Source: Alphaproteobacteria bacterium | Lineage (GTDB): Bacteria; Pseudomonadota; Alphaproteobacteria; MPNO01 | DNA length: 64,000 bases | Direction: 5' to 3' | Assembly (NCBI GenBank): GCA_965248835.1 | Contig: CBDFLJ010000002.1 | Coordinates: forward strand, 1-64,000 | Part shown: positions 50,456 through 59,853 of the stretch, piece by piece | How the letters are laid out: every line of letters starts with the position of its first letter | How positions within the stretch are numbered: the stretch's first letter is position 1 | The notes under the pieces: generated by a model | Told to the model about the DNA's origin: nothing | Database searches by the model: none | Seen by the model: the letters and a program-made list of their open reading frames with translations, nothing else | Translations under genes and position numbers: made by a program

Positions 50456-51481
50456 TCAGCCCACCTTTTCCAGTCGGCCGGAACCGGCCGAGCGCACGAT
50501 CGCCTCGGTGACCGCCGCGCCGTGGATCATTTCCTCCAGCGGGATCGGATAGGCCGGCCCGCCCTCGGCCGCGGCCGCGAAGGAGTCCAGCGCCGCGCGG
50601 CTGACGTCATAGGCTTCCACCGTGCGCGGCTGCTGGGCGCCCTTCGCCGGCTGGAAGATGCAGGAAGCGAACAGCCGGCTGCGCCGTTCGAGCGAAGAAG
50701 CGCCGGCGACATGGGACATCCCGTCGAGCCGCACCCAGCCCTCGGAGCCGAATACCTGGTAGCGATAGCTGCCGCCGGTTGCAGTCATCGTGCCGAGATA
50801 GGCGGAGCCGCCCTGCTTCATCCGCAAGATCACGGCCGTCGTATCGTCGGCATCGATCGAGACCGCCCTGCGGGTCGAAACGCAGAAGACCTCCTCGACC
50901 GGGCCGCACATGTCGATCAGCGAATCGATGATGTGGACTCCCATCGGCATCAGCCCGCCGCACGGCGTCTCCGTACGGTCCGCGCGCCAGTGATCGGGCG
51001 ACAGGGAAAGCGCGTTGGGGAAGGTCATCGTCCCCTCGACATGAAGGATCGTGCCCAGCGCACCCGAGGTGACCTGCTCGCGCATCGCCTGCATGGTCGG
51101 GTGAAAGCGCCGGTTGTAGCCCAGGCCGAGCGTTACGCCGGCCTTCCGGGTCGCGGCTACCGCGGCCTCCGCATCGGCCTTGGTCAGCGTGAACGGCTTC
51201 TCGCAGAAGACATGCTTGCCCGCCTCGGCCGCCGCGGCGACCTGCTGGGCGTGCATCGAATGGGGCGTCGCCAGCACCACCGCATCGACATCCGGATTGC
51301 CCAGCACCGCTTCCAGGCTGTCCTGGAGGGCGAAATCCTGATCCTTGGCGAACGCCGTAACCTCCTCGGTCCGGGTGCGCGTCGCACCGGCGGTAAACCG
51401 GATCACCTCGCTTTCACCCTGGACCGATTCCACCAGTGTGCGTCCCCACCAGCCCAGACCGATGATCGCTGCCCGAATCAT
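50456..51481 (-). CDS. Gfo/Idh/MocA family oxidoreductase
   Basis: IIGLGWWG, ATPHSMH, GKHVFCEKP, YNRRF. Confidence 0.9.
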   Translation of the reverse strand: MIRAAIIGLGWWGRTLVESVQGESEVIRFTAGATRTRTEEVTAFAKDQDFALQDSLEAVLGNPDVDAVVLATPHSMHAQQVAAAAEAGKHVFCEKPFTLTKADAEAAVAATRKAGVTLGLGYNRRFHPTMQAMREQVTSGALGTILHVEGTMTFPNALSLSPDHWRADRTETPCGGLMPMGVHIIDSLIDMCGPVEEVFCVSTRRAVSIDADDTTAVILRMKQGGSAYLGTMTATGGSYRYQVFGSEGWVRLDGMSHVAGASSLERRSRLFASCIFQPAKGAQQPRTVEAYDVSRAALDSFAAAAEGGPAYPIPLEEMIHGAAVTEAIVRSAGSGRLEKVG

Positions 51482-51644
51482 GGGATCCTCCCTTCTCGAC
51501 CGGCCTCGCCGGTAAGAAAATGGAAACCGCTGCCTGGGTCAATTGAATTTCGATAATTCTTCTCGTTGGTCGAAAATATATGATATTTGGTTCGATAGAA
51601 CCTGTCCCCACGCGGCGAATCGGGTGGTTATCGAGACTCGATCA

Positions 51645-52367
51645 ATGACAAATGATCCTAAACACACCGCAGAGATCGTCTGTCTGGTCGACGGCGTCGG
51701 CACGCTGGCGACGGCGGTCTGCGAGCGGTTGCGCGGCGACATCATGACCGGCGTGCTGGTGCCGGGCGAGAAGCTGCGCGTGGAGTTTCTGCGGGCGCGC
51801 TACGGCGCGGGGGTAAGCCCGGTGCGCGAGGCGCTGAACCGGCTGTCCGCGGAAGGGCTGGTGATCCAACAGGACCAGAAGGGGTTCCATGTCGCAGGCA
51901 TCAGCCGGCATGACCTGTCGGAGTTGATCACCACGCGCTGCTGGGTCGAGGAGACCGCGCTGCGCAAGTCGATCGAGGCGGCCGATCCGGATTGGGAGGA
52001 AAACGTCGTCCTGGCTCACCACCGGCTGTCGCGCACGCCGCGTTCGGCAAGCGAGGAGCGCTACCAGGGCAATCCGGCCTGGGAACGGCTTCACCGGGCC
52101 TTTCATCGGGCGCTGATCGGCGGCTGCGGCTCGCACCTGCTGCTGGATTTCTGCGAGCAGCTTATGGACCGCGCCGACCGCTACCGGCAACTCGCGATCC
52201 GCATCGATCAACCCAACCGTCAGGAGCCGGCGGAGCACCGCACGATCATGGAGGCGGCGATCGCCGGCGATGCCGACGCCGCGGTCGAAGCTCTGACGGC
52301 GCACTACCAATGGACCCGCGCGATCCTGATCGAGACGATCCCCGCCTTCGTCACCGCCGAGGACTGA
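51645..52367 (+). CDS. GntR/FCD family transcriptional regulator
   Basis: wHTH PGEKL...SPVREALNRL..EGLV; FCD FHRALI...EH. Confidence 0.9.
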   Translation: MTNDPKHTAEIVCLVDGVGTLATAVCERLRGDIMTGVLVPGEKLRVEFLRARYGAGVSPVREALNRLSAEGLVIQQDQKGFHVAGISRHDLSELITTRCWVEETALRKSIEAADPDWEENVVLAHHRLSRTPRSASEERYQGNPAWERLHRAFHRALIGGCGSHLLLDFCEQLMDRADRYRQLAIRIDQPNRQEPAEHRTIMEAAIAGDADAAVEALTAHYQWTRAILIETIPAFVTAED

Positions 52368-53568
52368 GCCCGCGTGTGGCGGCGCCGCGCAGCACGCTCA
52401 CGCCCGAGAGGCCGGCGAGCACGGCGAAGACGATGAAGCTGTTGCCGTAGGAGCCGGTCGCGGTAGCGATCGCGCCGAATACGGGCGGGGCTGCGACGAC
52501 GCCGAAGAAGGTGATGAACAGCGCCCCGCCGGTCGCACGGCTCGCCTGGTCTCCCGGAGCGATGCGCGCGACCTCGGACAGGAAAAGCCCGTTCCAGCCG
52601 ACCGCGGTGGCACCGAGCAGGGCGCAAGCCGCGACGATCCAGCCATAGGCCCAGTCTTCGGTGAACAGCGCGGTGGCGACCCCGCAGCCGGTCATCGCCA
52701 CGCCGAGCCAGCCCAGCACGACCTGCGGCCGGCCGATGAAGTCGGCCAGCGCCCCCCAGACGATGCGCGCCAGGACCCCCGCGGCCTGGGCGATCGACAG
52801 TGTCAGCCCGGCCTTGAGGAACGGCATGCCGAGGCCGTTGACCAGGTAGGTGACCAGAAAAACGCTGAAGCACTGCTGGATTGCGGCGAAAAAGAATGAC
52901 GCAAAGCACAGCCGGCGCAGCGCGTTGTGGGCCAGCACCAGCCGCAGCGGGCCGATGATGCTGCCACGCACGGTTACCGGATCGGGCCGCAGCGCGGTGT
53001 CGAAATGCCGGCGCGCCGGCTGGACCGCGAGGATGCATAGCGCGCACAGCCCGGCCACCGCGAAGGCCGCACCACGCCAGCCAAAGGTGATCACGAACAG
53101 CGGCACCAGCGCGCCGGCCAGCATCCCGCCGAGCGGAACCCCGGTCTGCTTGATCGAGAACACCAGCGAGGACAGGTGCGCCGGCGTGTGCCGAGCCAGG
53201 ATGTGGGAGCTTGCCGGCGTCGCCGGGCCGAGCCCGAGCCCGAGGAAGACCGCGCACAACGCCATCACCGGCCACAGCCCGGTCGCGGTCAGCGCGATGG
53301 CTGCCATCGAGAGCGTCATGCCGATCTGGCTCATCCGGATCGCGCCGTAACGCGGCACCAGCCCGCCGCTCAGCAGCGATGCGGTCATCGCCCCGAGATA
53401 GACCAGGGATGCAAAGATGCCGATCAGGCTCGCATCGACGCCGATATCGCTCGCGGCGGCCGGGGCAAAGACCGCCACCGTCAGCGTCGCCATGGTGACC
53501 ATCGACTGCACCAGCAGCGTCGCGGCGAGCGCGCGGACGACCTGGGGGTGCGGCGTGCTCAGCCGCAA
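52351..53568 (-). CDS. MFS transporter
   Basis: Multiple hydrophobic TM segments, SIKQTGVPLGG, GALADFIGR. Confidence 0.88.
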   Translation of the reverse strand: MRLSTPHPQVVRALAATLLVQSMVTMATLTVAVFAPAAASDIGVDASLIGIFASLVYLGAMTASLLSGGLVPRYGAIRMSQIGMTLSMAAIALTATGLWPVMALCAVFLGLGLGPATPASSHILARHTPAHLSSLVFSIKQTGVPLGGMLAGALVPLFVITFGWRGAAFAVAGLCALCILAVQPARRHFDTALRPDPVTVRGSIIGPLRLVLAHNALRRLCFASFFFAAIQQCFSVFLVTYLVNGLGMPFLKAGLTLSIAQAAGVLARIVWGALADFIGRPQVVLGWLGVAMTGCGVATALFTEDWAYGWIVAACALLGATAVGWNGLFLSEVARIAPGDQASRATGGALFITFFGVVAAPPVFGAIATATGSYGNSFIVFAVLAGLSGVSVLRGAATRGLSPRR

Positions 53569-53595
53569 GCGCGCCTCGGAGATGCGGCGGCCACC

Positions 53596-54540
53596 TCAGA
53601 CTGCCCGGTTGAGAAGGGTCTCACCGTCGCGCAGGCGCCGGCAGTTCTCGATCGCGACCGTAAGGCTCCTTTCGAGTGTTTCCGGCGTCAGCCAAGCGAG
53701 GTGCGGCGCAAGCACCACGGTCTCCAGCCGGGCCAGCGGATGTTCCGCCGCGACAGGCTCCGAGGCGAAGACATCGAGCCCGGCGCCGGCCAGACGCCCG
53801 TTCGCAAGCGCCTGGATCAGGGCGTCTTCATCGACCAGGCCGCCGCGGGCGGTGTTGATCAGGACGGCGCCCTCTTTCATCACCGCGAACGCCGCGCGGT
53901 CGATCATGTTCCTCGTCTCCTCGGTGAGCGGTAGGTGGAGCGAGACGATGTCGGATTCGGCGAGCAGGCGTTCGCGGGTCCGCCAGACGGGTTCCGGCTC
54001 GGCGCCGACCCGCCGGCTGGTCACCAGCACCGAGGCACCGATCGCCGCCAGCATCGGGCGCAGCGCCCGCGCGACACGGCCGTAGCCGATGAGGCCGACG
54101 GTCCGACCGGCGATCTCGCCGACCCGGTCGAACGCTTCGGGGGCAATCGCCCATCCGGCGCCCTCGCGCACCGCGCGGTCGAAGGCGACGATACGCCGGA
54201 GGGTGGCCAGCATCAGGGCCAGCGTGTGCTCGGCGACGGCTTGGGTGTTGGTGCCCGGCATGTTGGCGACGGCGATCTTGTGCTCGCGCGCCGCATCGAG
54301 ATCGATGGTATCCAGCCCGACACCAATCTTCTGGATCAGGCGCAGCCTCGGGGCGGCCGCGATCTCGGCCGCGGCGGTCGCCTCCAGCACGTGGAACAGG
54401 ACATCGGCGTCTGCCATCTCTCGGGCGAAGGCGGGCTTGTCCTGGTCGTCGACGGCGACGATGGTCAGCCAGTCCGGCGCACACGCTGCCAGCCGGGACC
54501 GCAGCCCGGCGCTCGCACGGTATTGCAGCACCGCCTTCAC
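53596..54540 (-). CDS. D-isomer-specific 2-hydroxyacid dehydrogenase
   Basis: GVGLDTID, AVAEH, GLIGYGRV, INTARG, LDVFASEP, PHLA. Confidence 0.9.
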   Translation of the reverse strand: MKAVLQYRASAGLRSRLAACAPDWLTIVAVDDQDKPAFAREMADADVLFHVLEATAAAEIAAAPRLRLIQKIGVGLDTIDLDAAREHKIAVANMPGTNTQAVAEHTLALMLATLRRIVAFDRAVREGAGWAIAPEAFDRVGEIAGRTVGLIGYGRVARALRPMLAAIGASVLVTSRRVGAEPEPVWRTRERLLAESDIVSLHLPLTEETRNMIDRAAFAVMKEGAVLINTARGGLVDEDALIQALANGRLAGAGLDVFASEPVAAEHPLARLETVVLAPHLAWLTPETLERSLTVAIENCRRLRDGETLLNRAV

Positions 54541-55829
54541 CGGCTGGCCGCCGGGCGCAACGTCAGGCCCGCGGCACCGGCGAAGCGGGCGCCCGAAGTC
54601 TCCTCGATGCGGAGCGCTTCGTTCCACTTGGCCATGCGCTCGGAGCGGCTGAACGCGCCAACCTTGAGCTGGGGTATCCCCCAGCCGGCCGCAAGGTGGA
54701 CGATGGTCGTATCCTCGCTCTCACCGGACCGAGCCGAGGCGATTGCCCCGTAGCCCGCCTTGTGTGCGGCATCAAGCGCGGCCTTGGTCTCGGTCAGCGT
54801 GCCGGCCTGGTTCGGCTTGATCAGAACCGCGTTGCAAACCCCCGCCTGTGCTGCGCGGGCAATCCGCCCGGCGTCGGTCACCAGCGCGTCGTCACCGACG
54901 ACCTGCAGCCGGTCGCCCCACCGGCCGGTGAAGGCAGCCAGCCCCCGCCAGTCGTCCTCGGCCAGCGGGTCTTCGATCGACACGATCGGGTAGCGCGCGC
55001 ACCAATCCGCCAGCATCCCGGCCATGGCTTCGCCGTCGAGCGCGCGGCCCTCATGGGCGAGCCGGTAGCGGCCGTCGGCGCCGAATTCGGAGGCAGCGAC
55101 GTCGAGAGAGATCCCGATCTCTTCGACCGGCCGCTTGCCGGTGCGCTCGATAGCCCTGACCAGCATCTCCAGCGCCGCCTCGTTGGTCGCCAGGCGCGGC
55201 CAATAGCCGCCCTCATCGGCAACGCCGGCAAGCAGCCCGGCGCGGTCGAGCAGGTCTCCGGCCGCCCGGTAGACCTCGGCGGTCCAGTCGAGCGCCTCGG
55301 CAAAGCTGTCCGCAGCAAGGCAGACAACCATGAAGTCCTGCACGTCAAGCCGGCCCGCGGCATGCGCGCCCCCGCCGAAGATCTGGATCTCGGGCAGCGG
55401 CAGCACCGGCGGCCCGCCGCCGGCGAGATACCGCCATAGCGGGACACAGGCCGTCGACGCCGCCGCGTGAGCCGCCGCCATCGAGGCCGCGATCATCGCA
55501 TTGCCGCCCAGCCCGCTCTTGTCCCGGGTGCCGTCGAGCGCGATCAGAACGTCGTCGAGCCCGGCCTGGTCATCGGCGGCGTGACCGCGCAGCGCCTGCG
55601 CTATCGGTCCGTTCAGGTTTGCGACCGCGGTCCGGACATCGAGCCCGCCATGTGCCGTCCCGCCGTCACGGAGATCGATTGCCTCATGCGAACCGCGCGA
55701 GGCACCGGCGGGCGCGATCGCACGGCCGAACCCGCCGCCCGCGGTCTCGATCTCGGCCTCCACCGTGGGGCGTCCGCGTGAATCCCAGACACGGCGCCCG
55801 TGAACCCGGCGAATCGCCGCCGCGTTCAC
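54537..55829 (-). CDS. eno: enolase, divergent paralog
   Basis: DSRGRPTVE, GGNA, DEGG, LDVAASE, IEDP, VGDD, LIKPNQ, RSERMAKWN. Confidence 0.88.
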   Translation of the reverse strand: MNAAAIRRVHGRRVWDSRGRPTVEAEIETAGGGFGRAIAPAGASRGSHEAIDLRDGGTAHGGLDVRTAVANLNGPIAQALRGHAADDQAGLDDVLIALDGTRDKSGLGGNAMIAASMAAAHAAASTACVPLWRYLAGGGPPVLPLPEIQIFGGGAHAAGRLDVQDFMVVCLAADSFAEALDWTAEVYRAAGDLLDRAGLLAGVADEGGYWPRLATNEAALEMLVRAIERTGKRPVEEIGISLDVAASEFGADGRYRLAHEGRALDGEAMAGMLADWCARYPIVSIEDPLAEDDWRGLAAFTGRWGDRLQVVGDDALVTDAGRIARAAQAGVCNAVLIKPNQAGTLTETKAALDAAHKAGYGAIASARSGESEDTTIVHLAAGWGIPQLKVGAFSRSERMAKWNEALRIEETSGARFAGAAGLTLRPAASR

Positions 55830-56839
55830 CGCGCGGCTGCCTTGCGCCAATCGGCCGCCAGGGACTGGAGCCGTTCCGGAGGATGACGCAGCTTCTGGAA
55901 CGCGAAGGTCCGGACGGTCGACAGGTCCGCTGCGTCCACCAGATACTCGACTGGGGACTTGCCGTCGACGCGCGCCAGAAGCAGCCCCGGAATGAGCCGC
56001 GCCGCGCGGGCTTCCAGCGCATCGGGCGCCTCCCACGTCACCGCATCCAGATAGGCCGCGCCGAGCGCGGCAAACGCCTGGAGGTATGCGCTGCAATGGG
56101 CGGGCCGCCACAGGCATTTGAGCAACAGATGATTGAGGCAGAACGCGAGGTCGAAGGCGGGATCGCCATACCATGCGCATTCGGCGTCGAGAAACACCGG
56201 CCCGTCCGGCCCGGCAAGGATGTTCTTCGGGCTGACGTCGCCATGGACCAGCGCGGCCCGGCAGGACGCGGTATGCCGGGCAAGCGCGCACAGCGGATCC
56301 GCCACGGCTGGGTGCGCCGCGGCCGCGGTGAGCAGATACGGTTCCAGCCGAAGTGCATGGAACAGCTCATCGGTCCGGAACGCCTGGGCGATGCCGGCGT
56401 CTGCCGCGCTCGCCGCATGCAGGCGGGCGAGGGTGCCGCCCACCGCAGCGGCGAAGCCGGGCGATATCCGGCCGTCGCGCAGCAAGTCCTTCCACACCGG
56501 ATAGGTCGCCGAGTCCAGGTAGTCCATGACGATCAGCCCGGCGGCGCGGTCTTCATGGACCAGAGCCGGCACGTTGCCCGGCGCCGTGCGGCCGGCATGG
56601 CGGATCCATTCGGCCTCGTAGTGATTGCGCTCGACCGGGACGCACCACTCGGCGGCGACCTTCAGCCGCGGCAGCGCACGCTTGACACAGAGCGTGCGCC
56701 CGTCGGCCTCCAGGCGCCAGATGTCCGAAGACACCCCGCCGGCAAGCGGCACGAGCCGTGCCGGCTCGGTTGCGCCGATCACCCCGGCGGCGCGAAGCGC
56801 ATCCAGCACCACGCCGTGATCGACCGGCCGGGCCTGCAT
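55826..56839 (-). CDS. aminoglycoside phosphotransferase/methylthioribose kinase-like kinase
   Basis: GGVSS, CVKRA, HGDVSPKNIL, LDAE, GDPAFD. Confidence 0.85.
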   Translation of the reverse strand: MQARPVDHGVVLDALRAAGVIGATEPARLVPLAGGVSSDIWRLEADGRTLCVKRALPRLKVAAEWCVPVERNHYEAEWIRHAGRTAPGNVPALVHEDRAAGLIVMDYLDSATYPVWKDLLRDGRISPGFAAAVGGTLARLHAASAADAGIAQAFRTDELFHALRLEPYLLTAAAAHPAVADPLCALARHTASCRAALVHGDVSPKNILAGPDGPVFLDAECAWYGDPAFDLAFCLNHLLLKCLWRPAHCSAYLQAFAALGAAYLDAVTWEAPDALEARAARLIPGLLLARVDGKSPVEYLVDAADLSTVRTFAFQKLRHPPERLQSLAADWRKAAAR

Positions 56840-58113
56840 CAAGCCGCCCGGCCGTTGAATCCCATGACCTCGCGGTAGTACTGCCAGAAGCCGCGGATCG
56901 CGACCTCCTGGGCCAACGTGTCCTGGTCCTCGACCGGGCCGCGGCCGCCCATCTCGATGAACGAGTGCTCGCCCACCTGGGTGCGGGTGGCCTGCTGGAC
57001 CAGGCGTGCGGCCTCGCCGTCCTCCATCGAGATGAAACCGGCCGGACCGACCATGTTGGAGAGCAGCAGCTTGTCGTGATGCTCGTCCGCATCCGCGTCG
57101 GCGAAGCCGAGATAGGTCCAGTAGATCTCGAACTTCTCCGGCCCCTTGGGGCGCACGTGGCGGATCTGGAAGGCGTTGTCGACCTGGGCGACGACCAGAG
57201 AGGGGAAAATCGATAGGATCACCGTGGTCACGCCGTCGTCGAACGACCGCCGTGTCTGGATCAGCCGCGGGTCCTTGAGCTTGAAGTCGGGCCGGTACTT
57301 GGCGTTGGTCTTGTACTGCTCGACCAGTACGTCGTGGTCTTTGGGATCCTTGGCATCGGCCTGGGCCAGGATGCAGTTGTGCTTGCCGCCGCCGCCGACG
57401 ACGATGCCGCCCTTCATTGCCGGTGTCTGGATGCCGAAGGTGACATGGAACAGGTGCAGCAGCGGCGCGTGGTAGGGATCGCGCGTGTTCTCGGCATAGA
57501 GCTTCCAGTTGGCCTCCACCACCTGGCGGAAATAGCCCAGCCGGCGGAGCGGCCGGTCGGTGATCCGGTCGATCTGCTTGACCGCATTCGCCCCGAGATA
57601 GGCCTCCAAGGGCATGATCTCGTCGGCAAAGGTGCCGAAAACCAGACCGCGGTAGCAGGCCGTCCGGAGCTTGCGCATCCCCCGGCCGGCGAGGTCGAAG
57701 TCCTCCGGCATGCCGCCCCGGCCCTTGACGCCCTTCTGCTGGGGCACCGCGGTCAGGCTGCCGGCATGGTCGTAGCACCACATGTGATAGGGGCAGTTGA
57801 ACTGCTTGGCGTTGCCGCGCAGCCGGGTGACGACCTGGGCGCCGCGGTGGGCGCAGCGGTTCTCGAAGGCGTGGATCCGCCCGTCCAGGGCGCGGGCGAC
57901 CACCACCCGGCGCTCGCCGAGATAGGTGGTGGCGTAATCGCCCGGCTCGGCAATCTCCTGCTCCAGGGCGAGATACTGCCAGTGCGGACCGGTAAAGATA
58001 CGATCCAGCTCCAGCTCGTACAGCGCCCGGTCGTTGAACACCTCGAACGGCACCCTTGTGCCGTCGTCTGCCTGCCAGCGAATGTCCAATCCGGTCCGAC
58101 GCGCGGAGTCCAT
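56839..58113 (-). CDS. Rieske oxygenase alpha subunit (salicylate 5-hydroxylase/anthranilate/terephthalate dioxygenase group)
   Basis: NRCAHRG...CPYHMW, NWKLYAENTRDPYHA.LLH, GPAGFISMEDGE. Confidence 0.88.
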   Translation of the reverse strand: MDSARRTGLDIRWQADDGTRVPFEVFNDRALYELELDRIFTGPHWQYLALEQEIAEPGDYATTYLGERRVVVARALDGRIHAFENRCAHRGAQVVTRLRGNAKQFNCPYHMWCYDHAGSLTAVPQQKGVKGRGGMPEDFDLAGRGMRKLRTACYRGLVFGTFADEIMPLEAYLGANAVKQIDRITDRPLRRLGYFRQVVEANWKLYAENTRDPYHAPLLHLFHVTFGIQTPAMKGGIVVGGGGKHNCILAQADAKDPKDHDVLVEQYKTNAKYRPDFKLKDPRLIQTRRSFDDGVTTVILSIFPSLVVAQVDNAFQIRHVRPKGPEKFEIYWTYLGFADADADEHHDKLLLSNMVGPAGFISMEDGEAARLVQQATRTQVGEHSFIEMGGRGPVEDQDTLAQEVAIRGFWQYYREVMGFNGRAA

Positions 58114-58222
58114 GGCCCGATGCCTTCCAGGGTGCAGCAGGTCCGGATGGTGACCCGATATCGGTCCACAGGCAACACGGCTGCGCTATAGTCGGCGCGA
58201 CAGTCAGTCAGGCGAGGCGATC

Positions 58223-59740
58223 ATGGCCGACGGCAAGACCGAAATTCTGATCCGCGGCGGGCGGGTCTACGACCACGATGGGGACACCGACCTGCCGCCG
58301 GTGGCCGACATGCTGGTCCGCGGCGACCGCATCGCCGAGATCGGGCCGGGCCTGAACGCCCCCGGTGCAAGCGTGATCGAAGCCGCGGGCAAGCTGGTGA
58401 TACCGGGATTCGTCAACGCCCACTACCACTCCCACGACGTGCTGATGAAGGGCTGCTTCGAGACGATCCCGCTGGAGCACTGGCTGTTGAACGCGCTGCC
58501 GCCCAACTACCCGCTGCGCTCGGTGGCCGAGGTCCGGGCGCGGACGCTGCTGGGCGCGGCCGAATGCCTGCGCTCCGGCATGACCACGATCCAGGACATG
58601 CTGACCCTGTTCCCGTTCGATCCCGCCCATGTCGAGACGGTGATCGCGGCCTATGGCGAGATCGGCATCCGATGCACCTTCTCACTGCAGATCGGCGACA
58701 TCCCCGGCATCGAGCGCGTGCCGTTCTGGAAGGAGGTGGTGCCCGAGGCGTTCCACCGCCATCTCGGCGCCTCGGTCGAGCCGACCGGGGACGACCCGCT
58801 GGTCCGGGTGCGCGATCAGTACCTCGCCCACCGCAATGCATCGCCCCGGCTCCACTGGGCGCTTGGGCCGACCAGCCCGGAGTTCTGCACGCCGGCGCTG
58901 CTGGAAGGCCTGGCCGGGCTATCGGCCGAGCACGGCCTGCCGGTGATCACCCACATCTACGAATCCCGCGGCATGGCGCTCGCCGGGCGCATGTTCATGC
59001 CCGAGCACGACGGCAGCCAGGTCAAATACCTGCAATCGACCGGCCTGCTGGGTCCCGGTCTCGGCCTCGCCCACAGCGTCTGGATGCGGGACGACGAAAT
59101 CGCGCTGCTCGCAGACACCGGCACCAACGTGATCCTCAACCCGGTCGGCAACCTCAAGACCCGCAGCGGCGTGCCGCCGATCCGCGCCTATCTCGATTCC
59201 GGCGTGCCGGTGGCGATCGGCTGCGACAACTGCTCCTGCGGCGACTCCCAGAACATGTTCCACGCGATGAAGGCCTTTGCCGGGCTCGCCGCGGTCACCG
59301 ACCCCGAGCCCGGCCCGCCGAGCGCGGCCGACACCCTGTTCTGCGCAACCCGCGGCGGGGCGCGCGCGCTGGGGCTGGACGGGCTGGTGGGCGCGCTCGC
59401 GCCGGGCATGAAGGCCGACATCGCGATCCTCGATCTCGCGCTGCCGCAATACGTCCCGCTCAATTCGGCGGCCCGCCAGACCGTCTTCGCCGAGAGCGGC
59501 GAGAGCGTGGACACGGTGATCGTCGACGGCCGCGTCGTGCTCGAAAACCGCAAACTCACCTTCATCGACGAGGACGCGCTCTATGAGGAGGTCGATGCGG
59601 TGATGCCGGGCCTGCGCGCCGACATGGCGAAGGTCGCCGCGCGAAACGCGGCGATGCAGGCGCCTCTGCTGGAGGCCTGGCGCAAGACCTGGGAGTCCGA
59701 TGTCGGGCTCAACCGGTTCGTCGGCAACCGCGAGATCTGA
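58223..59740 (+). CDS. amidohydrolase (AtzA/SAH-MTA deaminase-like)
   Basis: PGFVNAHYH, SGMTT, THIYES, LAHSVW, IGCDN, GALAPGMKADI. Confidence 0.88.
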   Translation: MADGKTEILIRGGRVYDHDGDTDLPPVADMLVRGDRIAEIGPGLNAPGASVIEAAGKLVIPGFVNAHYHSHDVLMKGCFETIPLEHWLLNALPPNYPLRSVAEVRARTLLGAAECLRSGMTTIQDMLTLFPFDPAHVETVIAAYGEIGIRCTFSLQIGDIPGIERVPFWKEVVPEAFHRHLGASVEPTGDDPLVRVRDQYLAHRNASPRLHWALGPTSPEFCTPALLEGLAGLSAEHGLPVITHIYESRGMALAGRMFMPEHDGSQVKYLQSTGLLGPGLGLAHSVWMRDDEIALLADTGTNVILNPVGNLKTRSGVPPIRAYLDSGVPVAIGCDNCSCGDSQNMFHAMKAFAGLAAVTDPEPGPPSAADTLFCATRGGARALGLDGLVGALAPGMKADIAILDLALPQYVPLNSAARQTVFAESGESVDTVIVDGRVVLENRKLTFIDEDALYEEVDAVMPGLRADMAKVAARNAAMQAPLLEAWRKTWESDVGLNRFVGNREI

Positions 59741-59853
59741 GACCGTTCGGGGGACGGCTTCGACCTTGAAAGCCGCGGTGATCGGGCGGCAGGGCGGGGT
59801 CGAGAACATCGTTTACTGCGCCGGCCGGACGCCAAGCGCCTTGGGCGCCGTCC

